A DNA stretch of 57,168 bases, taken from a virus (Duplodnaviria > Caudoviricetes). This document shows positions 46,445 to 56,133 of this stretch, one piece after another. The position numbers and the translations under genes were made by a program. Below the pieces are notes generated by a model. The model made no database searches, had not been told where the DNA came from, and was given only the letters and a program-made list of their open reading frames with translations. Location of the stretch: positions 1 through 57,168 of the IMG/VR virus record IMGVR_UViG_3300037262_000028; one strand, written 5' to 3'. Within the stretch, counting starts at the first letter, position 1. Each line of letters begins with the position of its first letter.

Positions 46445-46463
46445 CAGTATGCATTAGGCAACT

Positions 46464-46661
46464 ATGAACATGACGCCAGAACAGTGTGAAGAGTACATCA
46501 GGGGCCAGATTAATAGCGCGCTGACAGATTGTTTAAACAGCGCGCAACCGATTTACCACAGTGAAACCGGCTGGAAGTTACTAGCCGAATGCGCACAGAG
46601 ACACTTTGAAAAGTACGGACTGCCTTCAGGATGGATACCCGGCAACACCAAAATAGAGTAA
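46464..46661 (+). CDS. Hypothetical protein
   Basis: ORF track; same orientation as the early cluster. Confidence 0.5.
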   Translation: MNMTPEQCEEYIRGQINSALTDCLNSAQPIYHSETGWKLLAECAQRHFEKYGLPSGWIPGNTKIE

Positions 46662-46855
46662 AAAGTCCATAATCAGACAATCGAATAGGAAGCGAATACA
46701 GGCCCATTGTAAGGTTTTATTTTACAGTCAATACCCTACAGCCAGCTAGAATCAAATTGAATACAGGCCCCCTCAAGCCTTAAGATATCAAACAGACAAC
46801 TTAACAAAAAAACAACAAAAAAATCCCCGCCAACCCATCTTACCGGTAGTAAAGA

Positions 46856-46892
46856 AAAACCCCGTTAGCACAATGCTGACGGGGTTTTTTTG
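46856..46892. terminator. Bidirectional terminator between convergent operons
   Basis: AAAACCCCGTTAGCA-CAA-TGCTGACGGGGTTTTTTT. Confidence 0.8.
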
Positions 46893-46914
46893 ATTCTTAA
46901 TATACCAGTGTAAG

Positions 46915-47088
46915 TCACTTTGCTTTTGGCTTACCGCCTTTAAGCCCGTTTGATCTGGAAGAAGTTGCTTTCGTTTCTGATTTAGCGAGACCCCCTTTAG
47001 TACCTAACTGCACAGCAGCGGCTGATAAACCAGTCGATTTTTTACCTTATGCGACCGGTGCAGTTTTTCCTTTTGATGCTGTTGCCAT
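46915..47088 (-). pseudogene. Small basic KGG-type protein with an in-frame TAA
   Basis: AAAGGA RBS; MATASKGKTAPVA*GKKSTGLSAAAVQLGTKGGLAKSETKATSSRSNGLKGGKPKAK. Confidence 0.6.
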
Positions 47089-47187
47089 GATATTTCCTTT
47101 CAGTTGAAAGCCCCAGGCAGGAAACCTGAGCGCTTAGGTTAGCAGCATACCCCACCCTAAGCGCTTAGGGGATAATTTCTGCGCCTA

Positions 47188-49542
47188 TCATTTTCCGACA
47201 GCGCGAAGCCCGGTCACTTTCGACGGGCCGATTTCTTCAACCAGATTGCGCAATGCCGATTTTCTGCGTGCCTCCACCATGTCAGGCGCGGCGAACAGAT
47301 GGCGTTTATTCAGATTGTCTTTACTGCAGACCAGTCCCAGGTCTTTCCAGCCGGCTTCTTTAAGACTATGCAACAGCGCTGCTTTGGGCACTTTGCTGCC
47401 ATTCGGTGCAGACAGCGCTAACCGTTCACATAAGCTGTTGAAGGGGCCACCGATCACACCTTTAGCAAACTCGCCCTGGCGTAACGTGATCATGTCGAGA
47501 ATAAACGACTCGGACATTGACCGGCCATTTTCGATCAGATTGGCTTTGTAGTCGGTCATGGAGGGCGCTTCTGCCGGATTGAATTTACTCACATCGCGTT
47601 GTGACAACCACAGGGCGATCTGGCCAAAGCCACCACCCGTATACCAGGCCCAGATACGGTTCGCTTCTTCCGGCGTCATGCGCGGTGCCTGCGAGTTAAG
47701 GCAGAACCAGCGCCGGTCCTGCGACGCTAACGAAATAGGGATCTGTTCATTGGAGTAAGCTAACACAAACAACCGGTTAGCCATCTGGTAAGGCGCTTCA
47801 TGCTTACGTTGAATATCCAGCATTTCAGGCGGGGCGGCGATGATTGGTTTGAGTTTATTCGCCATGGCGCGCCGCGCTGACGCATCGGGCTCTTTTAATT
47901 CGTTGATGATTAGTATTTCGGACTCCAGTGCGTAACCCCATTGCGAATCGATCGTGTCACTATCCATGTAACCGCGGTTGCGTAAGCCTGACCCGCAGAC
48001 AGACCAGATAAACGGCGCCCACATCGTATCTTTGCCGCACCCTTCATCGCCCACATGCAGTACAGCATGATTGATTTTGATCGTCGGCTTTTGCAATTTG
48101 AACGCCATGATGTCCAGCACATGTTCACGCTCCTGGACAACCGGAATAAGCCGCTCTGTCAGACCGAGCCAGAGTGAGATGTCCCCCATTATCACATCAG
48201 ACAAGTCAGGCCGCGCGTCAACCCATCTGTTGCCGTACAAATTATCGGCGTCGCCCCGTTCAACAACAGGCGGATCGCCCGCAGCATAAGTCAGATTAAT
48301 CAGAAAAGACGCGCCTTGCGCGACGCGCAGTTCGTCAAACGCGACGGATGCTTCTATCTTGCGTTTATTATGAATGGATTTGCAGTGGGTGCCACGCATC
48401 AACGCGTTGAACGATGCGCGTGACAACATGCGCCGGTTAGTCATATCGAAGTAGGCATCATTTTGCTGCACATACATAAAACGGGTGTACCACTCATCCC
48501 GGGATACCCGGTCTAACTCTTTACGCTCTTCGCGCGCGTCTATTTCTTTAACGGCGTCTGCCGGCGATGAAAAAAGGGGGGAGGGTTTTAATTTGGACAG
48601 CGCTGACGCCATCCTGCCGGACACGGCTTCGTCTTTTAATCCCACAACATGTTCAGGACCACCATTATCAGCAATCAGCTTTAAGTAGTACGCTGAATCC
48701 AGTGTCGTACAGTGCTCATGCAGACAGCAGAACGACCGGTTGACGGGATGGTAGCGCGCCATGGGATTACCATCGCTGTGATTTTCATGGTTGGGGCAGA
48801 TCACACCCCACCATCCGGCACCGTTACCAGGTTCCAGTATCTGCTGATTGGCATGAAGGAATTCGAGAACGTCATCGTCACCAGTATCGGCAAGCGTAAC
48901 GTGAGAGAAAGATGCGGTGCTGGATTCGCCTGGCACGACGCTTAACGCAGTCAGTATTTGTTCCAGCGTAAATAACCGGTCAGGATGGAATTCAACTAAG
49001 ACGGAAGCGAAATTGTTTTTGCCAGGCTTTAAGTTAGGGGAACCCGGCAGCCGGAAGTTGCGCACTTCATTGGTGGCGCCAGCGTCCGTGAATCCTGCAG
49101 CAGCAATCGCCTCGATCGCCGCACAAAAGTCTGCTTTCTTTGGTTGGTGGTCGAAGTTAAATGCATAACCCCACTGAAAATTGCCTGGCGACGTTTCCAT
49201 CTTCCAGGTGGGTTCTAACGGCGGCACTGCTGATTTGGTACCGATGTCATCTAACACCATCACTAGTACGTATTCGCAATTAACTTTGGACGCGGATACT
49301 TTACCGCGCGGCATCCGGTCCAGCATAAAGCTGCCCGTGTTACCGTACCAGGAACCGTGAGCTTTAATCTTTTCCGGCATGGACGCCGGCCAGGTATATT
49401 TGAGAGAACCATCCTTGTGCACCGCCTGGATGCCATCCACCATCACGGGTTTCTGGCAGACGAAAAGCGTTGTTTCGTCTTCAGGAGCTAAACTAATAAG
49501 GAATTGAAGAAAGGGGCTTTGTGCTATAATCTCGTTCGCCAT
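47188..49542 (-). CDS. Primase-helicase (RepB-type primase + Zn-binding region + SF3/D5-like NTPase)
   Basis: VLDDIG, ETSPGNFQWGY, RLPGS; CPNHENH..CLHEHC; Walker A GDEGCGKD, IINE, SN, DRRW. Confidence 0.9.
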   Translation of the reverse strand: MANEIIAQSPFLQFLISLAPEDETTLFVCQKPVMVDGIQAVHKDGSLKYTWPASMPEKIKAHGSWYGNTGSFMLDRMPRGKVSASKVNCEYVLVMVLDDIGTKSAVPPLEPTWKMETSPGNFQWGYAFNFDHQPKKADFCAAIEAIAAAGFTDAGATNEVRNFRLPGSPNLKPGKNNFASVLVEFHPDRLFTLEQILTALSVVPGESSTASFSHVTLADTGDDDVLEFLHANQQILEPGNGAGWWGVICPNHENHSDGNPMARYHPVNRSFCCLHEHCTTLDSAYYLKLIADNGGPEHVVGLKDEAVSGRMASALSKLKPSPLFSSPADAVKEIDAREERKELDRVSRDEWYTRFMYVQQNDAYFDMTNRRMLSRASFNALMRGTHCKSIHNKRKIEASVAFDELRVAQGASFLINLTYAAGDPPVVERGDADNLYGNRWVDARPDLSDVIMGDISLWLGLTERLIPVVQEREHVLDIMAFKLQKPTIKINHAVLHVGDEGCGKDTMWAPFIWSVCGSGLRNRGYMDSDTIDSQWGYALESEILIINELKEPDASARRAMANKLKPIIAAPPEMLDIQRKHEAPYQMANRLFVLAYSNEQIPISLASQDRRWFCLNSQAPRMTPEEANRIWAWYTGGGFGQIALWLSQRDVSKFNPAEAPSMTDYKANLIENGRSMSESFILDMITLRQGEFAKGVIGGPFNSLCERLALSAPNGSKVPKAALLHSLKEAGWKDLGLVCSKDNLNKRHLFAAPDMVEARRKSALRNLVEEIGPSKVTGLRAVGK

Positions 49543-49664
49543 GAGAACAGGTCCTTTTGTTATTTTGGTAGAAACGGAGCCGCTGTGTAAGCAGGGCTCC
49601 GTTTCGCTATTGTAGTGCTTTACGGCACGCGGCGTAACGGTAAATTTGCCGTAATGTAAAATTG

Positions 49665-51683
49665 CTATTTACTATACCGGTCCATGATATCGCCTTCAAC
49701 GGCAAGCGGTAAGTCTTCAGCCCAGTCTGGTCTTTCTAACATGATTTCTTTCAGTAAAGCCGCTTCCTGTTCAGCGATACCGGTATCGGCTTCGGCTACA
49801 ATTTCGTCATGGGTGTGAAGCACAGTAAACAAGTCTTCAGCATCGCATTCGCGTAATGCACGGCGCAACAGACAGTTTGCTGTTGCTTGTGTGCAATTTT
49901 CCGAAGCCAGGCCGCCGTAGAGATGCGCGCGGGGCCATAAAATAACGTCTGCAGCCGGTTTCCAGGAGGCTTTGGCGTAGGTGACTTCACCCTTTTCCAA
50001 TTTGGCGTAGGGGTAACACAGAACGCGTCCGGATGGCAGGGCGTACCATAAGTGTTCGCCATCGTACAGATAAGTGATCCGCCCTGCGCTATACTCGGCT
50101 CCCGGATTACGCATCGCTGACATATAAGCAAGTTCCAGATCCTGCCAGAACTGCACAGCCCACGGATTAGCACGGCGCCAGCCAGCAACGATTTTACGCA
50201 CTTCGGATTCCGGCAGCACCACACCGTAGTTTTTACCCATGGAAGTAAAGGCTTTGACCGAACCTTGAAACCCTAAGGCCAAAACAGCAACTTTTCCAAT
50301 CTGACGCATCGTGACATATTCCTGATCTTTCTCTTTAACGCCAGCGATAATTTTGGCTTCTGGAATGTGATAAATACCGGCCGCTTCCCGGATATACAGA
50401 TCTTCATTGCGTCGGAATACATCCAATTTTTTCTCGGCAGATGGCTGTTGCGATAACCAGGGGAGAACCCGCGCCTCAATACCAGACCAGTCGTAGACGA
50501 TCAATTTTTTACCGGGCGGCGCGATGAGAGAAGGGCGTAACATTCCTTTCAGTACATCAGTAACACGCTTGCCATATTCAGGCACGATCGAGCGGTTAGC
50601 AATGGTTGCTTTACGCACCGCAAGCGGGTCTTCGGCGCACTTGCGCGGAAAATTATGAACCTGGAGCCCGTAACTGGCCGCCCGGCCTGTCGCTGCACCG
50701 CCGGCGAAAGCAAATGCACCCCGCACGCGGTTATCTTCCACATCGGCCAGTTCATCCATGCGTTTGAATTTGGCGACAGATGAAGACCATAAGTCATCGG
50801 CGCACTGAATTACTTCAACGACTTCGGCAGGTACGTGTTCATAATCATCGACAGCTAACAAGTTAAAGCGCACTGTTTTATCGAAGCTGAATTTTTTCTC
50901 GCCGTCTTCATACCGTTCCATCAGTTTGATTGCTTCAGGACTAATGCGGTCCATCACCCATTTTTTTAATTTTTGTGAGCGTACAGAAGTGATTTCACCT
51001 TTGGTGATTTCAGTAACGATTGCCTGGACATCTTCGATTTCTTCTGTCGAATAGCGAAACGCTGATTGCGCGAAAGCACGATCAACCAGCACACCGCGGT
51101 CATTAACGCGCTCATTCACGTGGTAGTCGTGCAGCTCTTCATCAGATAAAGGTCGCATCGATTTACTGACTTCACGCATCACCAGGCAGTCATCGATACA
51201 ATAGACGCCCATCTCATGCATCAGTTCAGGATTATCGTCGAAAGTACCATCAGCACGAGGGAGTGAAAGCGCGCGGATGAGTTGCGCACCCCGGTAATTT
51301 TTACGCGCTTTTGACCCGGCGAACCGCCCCACATCTTCTAATGAACTCGGCCCACAATTGGCGCGCGACTGGACTGCCGTGCAGTACCACGATTCCAAAG
51401 GCGGTTCTGGCACATCGTAATCGGGACAGATAACATACCAGGTAATGAGCCGGTCGAACGCCGCATTGTGAGCGTAGACACGACGACCATGACGGAAGTG
51501 TTCTTTGATCCGTAGAGGAAAAGGTTCATGCGGCCACCACAGAACGAACTCTTCATCGTTGAATGCGTAGCCTAAACAGAGCGGCTTAGTGCTCGGATCC
51601 AAGGCGTAATTATAGGCTCCGCGCTTGGGAAGATCGCAGCGGGATTTTGTTTCGAAATCAAGCCAGAGAACGTCCTCAGTCAT
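49665..51683 (-). CDS. polA: DNA polymerase family A (APSE/Bcep-type)
   Basis: Exo LDFET, AHNAAFD, YCIDD; motif A DWSGIEARV; motif B RQIGK...LALGF; motif C HDEI. Confidence 0.95.
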   Translation of the reverse strand: MTEDVLWLDFETKSRCDLPKRGAYNYALDPSTKPLCLGYAFNDEEFVLWWPHEPFPLRIKEHFRHGRRVYAHNAAFDRLITWYVICPDYDVPEPPLESWYCTAVQSRANCGPSSLEDVGRFAGSKARKNYRGAQLIRALSLPRADGTFDDNPELMHEMGVYCIDDCLVMREVSKSMRPLSDEELHDYHVNERVNDRGVLVDRAFAQSAFRYSTEEIEDVQAIVTEITKGEITSVRSQKLKKWVMDRISPEAIKLMERYEDGEKKFSFDKTVRFNLLAVDDYEHVPAEVVEVIQCADDLWSSSVAKFKRMDELADVEDNRVRGAFAFAGGAATGRAASYGLQVHNFPRKCAEDPLAVRKATIANRSIVPEYGKRVTDVLKGMLRPSLIAPPGKKLIVYDWSGIEARVLPWLSQQPSAEKKLDVFRRNEDLYIREAAGIYHIPEAKIIAGVKEKDQEYVTMRQIGKVAVLALGFQGSVKAFTSMGKNYGVVLPESEVRKIVAGWRRANPWAVQFWQDLELAYMSAMRNPGAEYSAGRITYLYDGEHLWYALPSGRVLCYPYAKLEKGEVTYAKASWKPAADVILWPRAHLYGGLASENCTQATANCLLRRALRECDAEDLFTVLHTHDEIVAEADTGIAEQEAALLKEIMLERPDWAEDLPLAVEGDIMDRYSK

Positions 51684-52066
51684 ACGCCTCCAACCTGAAT
51701 TTTTAAATTACTTAGTTCGCGCGACGCCAACATTAAGGCTTTACAAAATGAACGGCGGATTTCTTTGACGATTATTTTGGGTGTTTCAGCTGAAAGCGCA
51801 GGTAAATAATCTGCGATTTCCAGCAATTTTAAACACAAGTCCAGATCGTGAAACTCAGCGCGAACCATACCCCCAGTTTCAGAAGTGACACTGAAACTCC
51901 ATGCAGTAAGAATGCCGTTCTTTTTCACGCCGCCTTCAGCGATATTATCGCTCATCGCTTTACAGGTTGCATCGTAATGATGATTTGAACAGTATCGCAG
52001 TATAGCAAGCTGAGAGCTGGTCATTTCTACCCAAAATATCGGTTGCGCGGTGATATCGATTTTCAT
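51680..52066 (-). CDS. Hypothetical protein
   Basis: ATGA-coupled to polA; contains HYDATC. Confidence 0.65.
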   Translation of the reverse strand: MKIDITAQPIFWVEMTSSQLAILRYCSNHHYDATCKAMSDNIAEGGVKKNGILTAWSFSVTSETGGMVRAEFHDLDLCLKLLEIADYLPALSAETPKIIVKEIRRSFCKALMLASRELSNLKIQVGGV

Positions 52067-52251
52067 TTCGCTTCCCCGTTATTTTCGCCAGGCTTTTTCC
52101 ACACTAACTCCACTTTCACCAGATAGCGCCGTGCAAGAAACGTCGCTAACTTTCTGAATTTTAGCCAAAACAAAACAGCACAGACGTGCATCAGCCAGCG
52201 ACGGTCATAACGCAGTGTGATGTTGCAGGAAGGTGTGAAATGATCAGCCAT
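52063..52251 (-). CDS. Hypothetical protein
   Basis: Coupled ORF in the replication operon. Confidence 0.5.
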   Translation of the reverse strand: MADHFTPSCNITLRYDRRWLMHVCAVLFWLKFRKLATFLARRYLVKVELVWKKPGENNGEAK

Positions 52252-52347
52252 AATAGTTTTTCAAAGAGTAGACCGGACATCGGGTCAACGTGTCCGGCAA
52301 CCGTTTCTAGAATGCAGCTCACCGCTGCAAGCAGACCCTAACAACGA

Positions 52348-53055
52348 TTACTGCGCGCGACGACGGCGACCTGTCGCTACCGGCTCAGTTGCGGCAACTG
52401 GTGCAGCTGCCGTTTCCTGTTTCGGTTCTTCTTTCGTTGCACCGCGACGCCGGGTTGTGACCGGTTCTTCTGCTGCAGCCGGTTCATCGCCTCCCATCGG
52501 AATCCATTTCAGTACGTTAAATACCGGCGTGAAAATTTTACCGTACTGTTTATGGATATAATGCTCTTTACCGAGTTTAACGATCGGCACGGGCTTGGAT
52601 TCGTCCTTATCGATTTGTTCAGCAATCGTCAGACCGAGCTCCTGGACTGCGCGCTTGCCGCCGACAGAAGTAGCCGCATACCGCACTTCCATGCCTTCGT
52701 CTTCACCAGACATACATAACAGTGAAAGACTGACCTGGGCTTCCCAGCCGCGTTTCGCGCCGGCCGGTTCGGCAGGCATATCAGGTAACGGTTCACTGAT
52801 TGCTACCATCTTTTCCCCCAGGACAACAGCGTCTCCCCACGCAATAAAGCCGTGAAGGAAACCCAGAGGGTTAATAGCCCAGGTCGCATCATCAGTAATT
52901 TCGGTTTGATCTGCACCAAACACCCACGACCCGGTTTTGTCCATTTTGAGAATGGTGCCGCCGCCGGACGTATCGACCCGAATGTTACTCAATGCTACTG
53001 ACATCGATTTGACTGAAGGTAGATTAGCCCCTTTGAATACTTGTAGATTTGTCAT
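52348..53055 (-). CDS. Putative ssDNA-binding / annealing protein
   Basis: LKMDKTG.WVFGAD, SVGGKRAV, Y.HKQYGKIFTP; disordered C-tail; lies between exonuclease and polymerase. Confidence 0.7.
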   Translation of the reverse strand: MTNLQVFKGANLPSVKSMSVALSNIRVDTSGGGTILKMDKTGSWVFGADQTEITDDATWAINPLGFLHGFIAWGDAVVLGEKMVAISEPLPDMPAEPAGAKRGWEAQVSLSLLCMSGEDEGMEVRYAATSVGGKRAVQELGLTIAEQIDKDESKPVPIVKLGKEHYIHKQYGKIFTPVFNVLKWIPMGGDEPAAAEEPVTTRRRGATKEEPKQETAAAPVAATEPVATGRRRRAQ

Positions 53056-53073
53056 AATGTAATTCCTTTAAGT

Positions 53074-54198
53074 TTAGTTTAGTTTTTCCAGTGCAGCGCG
53101 CATTTGCATGCCTAACTGCATAATCGATGGCCTCGGATCGGATTCTTCGGCCATCGTATTGCCCGATGAAATTGAAACGATTAAGTCTTCAGGCAAGGCA
53201 ATCTTGTGTTTTTTAAGCACCTTCTCAGCTTGTGCTGGTGACAGTAATGAAGTCTCAGTCACTTCGTCTTCGGCGACAAGTTCGGCGAGCCGTTTTTTGG
53301 CTTCCGCTTCGTCCCGCCATTTTCTGGTACCGCGCTTTGCAACCAACTTATAGCCCGGCACCGGAACACTATTTTCTAACATCTGATTAGCCAGATCACG
53401 TAAATCTTTAATCCAGCCTTCCAGCAATACGGCATTGCCCAGATACGCAGCAATTAGTTCTGGACTAATCGCTTTCAAATCTGTTTTTAATGCGCGCTCC
53501 ATTGCACCGGTCATCTTAGGGCACGTCGGTTTGGCAGCACACCATTTGCAATGAGAGCCCGCTTTAAGTGGCGGATTATCACTTTCTGCTAGTTTCAGAG
53601 CGATGTCAAGTTCTAGCTCAAACTGCGCTATACGTTCGAATGTAGTAACCCATCGGCGCATTTCCGGCGGTTGAATAATGACTAATTCAATCTCTTTTGC
53701 GCCGTCGAAAATCCATTTCGCTTCTTCCGTGCGCATGGCCGCCGCAGCATAAAACATCAACTGATAGTTTTCTTCAGCATCGACGATTATTCCCGACCCC
53801 ATCTTGTAATCAGCAACAATAGCGCGTTTACCAAGTCGCCCCATTAAATCAGTCGACCCAAATACGCCAGGTAAAAAATCACCGAAATGGACTCTGGTTT
53901 CAGTCATGTATTCCATCTCGCGATCTGGATCTAATTCATCGATCAATGCGAGAGTAGGGTATATTTTTTCATCGAGCAAGCCCTGCGTCAAAGTAGCCTC
54001 TTCGTATCTCACACCTAAAAGCGCTTCAGGCTTTTTACCGCTACCCATTATTTCGTCCATAACACCGTGAAGTAACGTACCCTCATCGGCATACGAACTC
54101 GAGGGCTTAGGAGGCGCTTTAGCGCATAGATTTACTGACCCCGGACACTGAATTACGCGACTGGCGGAGGACCCGCCAACGATACTGGAATGGTTCAT
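53074..54198 (-). CDS. PD-(D/E)xK Cas4-like exonuclease (DUF2800-type)
   Basis: CPGS, EGTLLH, GSTD, DYKMG, QLMFYA, IIQP, HCKWC..K..C. Confidence 0.9.
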   Translation of the reverse strand: MNHSSIVGGSSASRVIQCPGSVNLCAKAPPKPSSSYADEGTLLHGVMDEIMGSGKKPEALLGVRYEEATLTQGLLDEKIYPTLALIDELDPDREMEYMTETRVHFGDFLPGVFGSTDLMGRLGKRAIVADYKMGSGIIVDAEENYQLMFYAAAAMRTEEAKWIFDGAKEIELVIIQPPEMRRWVTTFERIAQFELELDIALKLAESDNPPLKAGSHCKWCAAKPTCPKMTGAMERALKTDLKAISPELIAAYLGNAVLLEGWIKDLRDLANQMLENSVPVPGYKLVAKRGTRKWRDEAEAKKRLAELVAEDEVTETSLLSPAQAEKVLKKHKIALPEDLIVSISSGNTMAEESDPRPSIMQLGMQMRAALEKLN

Positions 54199-54287
54199 GG
54201 TTTCACCTTAATATTTATGTTATTAATACGGCAGTATTCAGCCCATTGTTCAGCGACTTTAGGGACTTTTATTGAACGAGCCACAAC

Positions 54288-54854
54288 CTAATCATCCTCC
54301 GTGCAGTTATTTTTATGAACGTATTCGTTATGCGCAATCTTCGTGAACGGTGTCCGTAGAAAGCCCCATTTCTGCTGATATTTTCCCGTTATGAATAACG
54401 TCCAGCACCCTTCGCCGGCAGTATTCACTTCGAGCCGGTGCCAGGATTTTGCAGGCCGCCACAGAATTGAGCCTGGACCATAAAACCGGCGCCGTTCACC
54501 TAAGAACAAACCCGACTTGTCATAGTCAAGAGTGACCTCAGTGTAGCCGCCTTTGAGAATAACTGTCAGGTAAGCCCAGGGATGGTCGTGGTGTTCTCTT
54601 GCATTATCAGAGCGCAGGATATGGTGAACGCGGATAGCGATATCGAATGTTTGCAGAAAACGGATGAGGGGGTTTTTGAACCAGGATACTTTCCCGCAAC
54701 CTGGACCAGCCTTCTCGCTGGCATACGGCACAAGCCAGAACCGCTCCATGTAACCTTCCAGATGGAAGTACGGTGTTTGTTTGGCACGGTTGATTAGGTA
54801 ATCGGCAATGTTTGGCATGTCAGCTCCGTAGCAAGTCGTCATCGGTGCGGTCAT
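54288..54854 (-). CDS. Cupin-fold protein
   Basis: HHILRSD...HDHPW...ILKGGY.E...WHRL...WTLFITG. Confidence 0.75.
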   Translation of the reverse strand: MTAPMTTCYGADMPNIADYLINRAKQTPYFHLEGYMERFWLVPYASEKAGPGCGKVSWFKNPLIRFLQTFDIAIRVHHILRSDNAREHHDHPWAYLTVILKGGYTEVTLDYDKSGLFLGERRRFYGPGSILWRPAKSWHRLEVNTAGEGCWTLFITGKYQQKWGFLRTPFTKIAHNEYVHKNNCTEDD

Positions 54855-55080
54855 CTAGCTCCCAACTACGCAGTGAGGCAATTTCTAGTTTCGTTTTCGT
54901 AGGCAATTCGACGGCTTCTATTAGTGCAGCCAACATTTCGGCTAAAAGCTCGACTTTTACTAGTATGTGAGAACGTTCATAAGCATCCCCGCAAGCATCT
55001 GCTAATGTATTGTTAATAACGTCGTTAAAATTGACGCCACGCATGACGCGATTATCTTCAAAACTATTTTTCAAATTCAT
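54820..55080 (-). CDS. Hypothetical protein
   Basis: GGAG RBS; first gene after the leftward promoter. Confidence 0.6.
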   Translation of the reverse strand: MNLKNSFEDNRVMRGVNFNDVINNTLADACGDAYERSHILVKVELLAEMLAALIEAVELPTKTKLEIASLRSWELDDRTDDDLLRS

Positions 55081-55116
55081 AATCTATCTCCAGTTAAATT
55101 AATTTTGCGAATTTGC

Positions 55117-55164
55117 AGAATACAACAAAATTTTATTTGTGTCAAAAAGTTTTTGTGCTATATT
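55117..55164. promoter_or_regulatory. Overlapping divergent promoters
   Basis: Minus strand TTGACA(55145-40)-N17-TATTCT; plus strand extended -10 TGcTATATT (55156-64). Confidence 0.7.
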
Positions 55165-55201
55165 TGCGTTAAAGCTGAAAATAACATGAGGAGAAATTAA
55201 C

Positions 55202-55666
55202 ATGCCTAGAATCGATAGCGTTATCAAACAACTTGAAGTCGACATTAACCGCTTACTGCTTAAAGATATCAAGGTTGGCGACTTTATCCGCTTCGAAGAA
55301 GAAGGTAAAAAATACGAAATCCAGGCACGCAGTGGCGACTTTCTGGTGCTAAATAAGCCTTTTGCACGCCGGCGAAGAAGGGGCATGTCTTGTATTAAAA
55401 CGGTGATTTATACAATAATCGATCTGGAAAGACAAATTCGCGGAGTGACGATTTATACAATAGACGATCTGAACAGACAGCTTAGTGAACCGGGAGACCT
55501 GTTATACAGGTCCGTCGCCGAAACGCGATTACAGTGTGAAGAGATGCTGGAACGGTTATTGGCTGGCGACACAGAAGTGAGCCACCGCAATAACGTGCCA
55601 CTACGTATGAAGAAAATTATTAAAGCTGAAGATGCACGTAAAAGAACATATAAGGTGAACAAATGA
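55202..55666 (+). CDS. Hypothetical phage protein
   Basis: GAGGAG RBS; YTIIDL...RG and EVSHRN.VPL motifs. Confidence 0.75.
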   Translation: MPRIDSVIKQLEVDINRLLLKDIKVGDFIRFEEEGKKYEIQARSGDFLVLNKPFARRRRRGMSCIKTVIYTIIDLERQIRGVTIYTIDDLNRQLSEPGDLLYRSVAETRLQCEEMLERLLAGDTEVSHRNNVPLRMKKIIKAEDARKRTYKVNK

Positions 55667-55860
55667 TGAATACTGACTACCGCAATTACACTGACGCTCA
55701 GCTTTTGGCGGCCTACGCGCATTTATGTTCTGCGCACGCAGAAGTGACAGATAAGTTAAGCAATTATTTTTCGCAAACCCTTATAGACAAGTATGACCGT
55801 AACATCGACGATTTTCAGGAACTACACTCCGAATTAATTTTGCGAAGTATAGGATATTAA
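55663..55860 (+). CDS. Hypothetical protein
   Basis: AAGGTG RBS; coupled. Confidence 0.6.
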   Translation: MMNTDYRNYTDAQLLAAYAHLCSAHAEVTDKLSNYFSQTLIDKYDRNIDDFQELHSELILRSIGY

Positions 55861-56133
55861 ATGCGCGAATCCGAAATAGAACGCTATTTTATCTGGGCTG
55901 TCGCCATGAAAGGCGGCAAGACATATAAGTTTCGTTCTGTCACGCAGAACGGTGTGGCTGACCGGATCGCCTGTTTGCCAAATGGTGATACGTGGTACGT
56001 CGAGCTAAAGGCTCCCGGCGGCAAGATGGAACCGTTACAGATCGAATTCCAGAATGAAATGCGCCGGTTGAATCAGTTGCATGCATGCTTGTCGACAAAA
56101 GAGGAGATTGACCAATGGATGAAGAATCTTTAG
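55861..56133 (+). CDS. VRR-NUC nuclease
   Basis: MRESEIE, GVADRI, VELKAPGG...LQ motifs. Confidence 0.9.
   Translation: MRESEIERYFIWAVAMKGGKTYKFRSVTQNGVADRIACLPNGDTWYVELKAPGGKMEPLQIEFQNEMRRLNQLHACLSTKEEIDQWMKNL

Noticed and set aside
44679-47049. Genome-wide stop-codon reassignment
   Set aside because: The two internal stops differ (TAG, TAA), both codons end normal genes, long genes are uninterrupted, and no suppressor tRNA was seen.
53074-54198. CRISPR-associated Cas4
   Set aside because: No cas1/cas2 or array; the context is the standard phage replication exonuclease.
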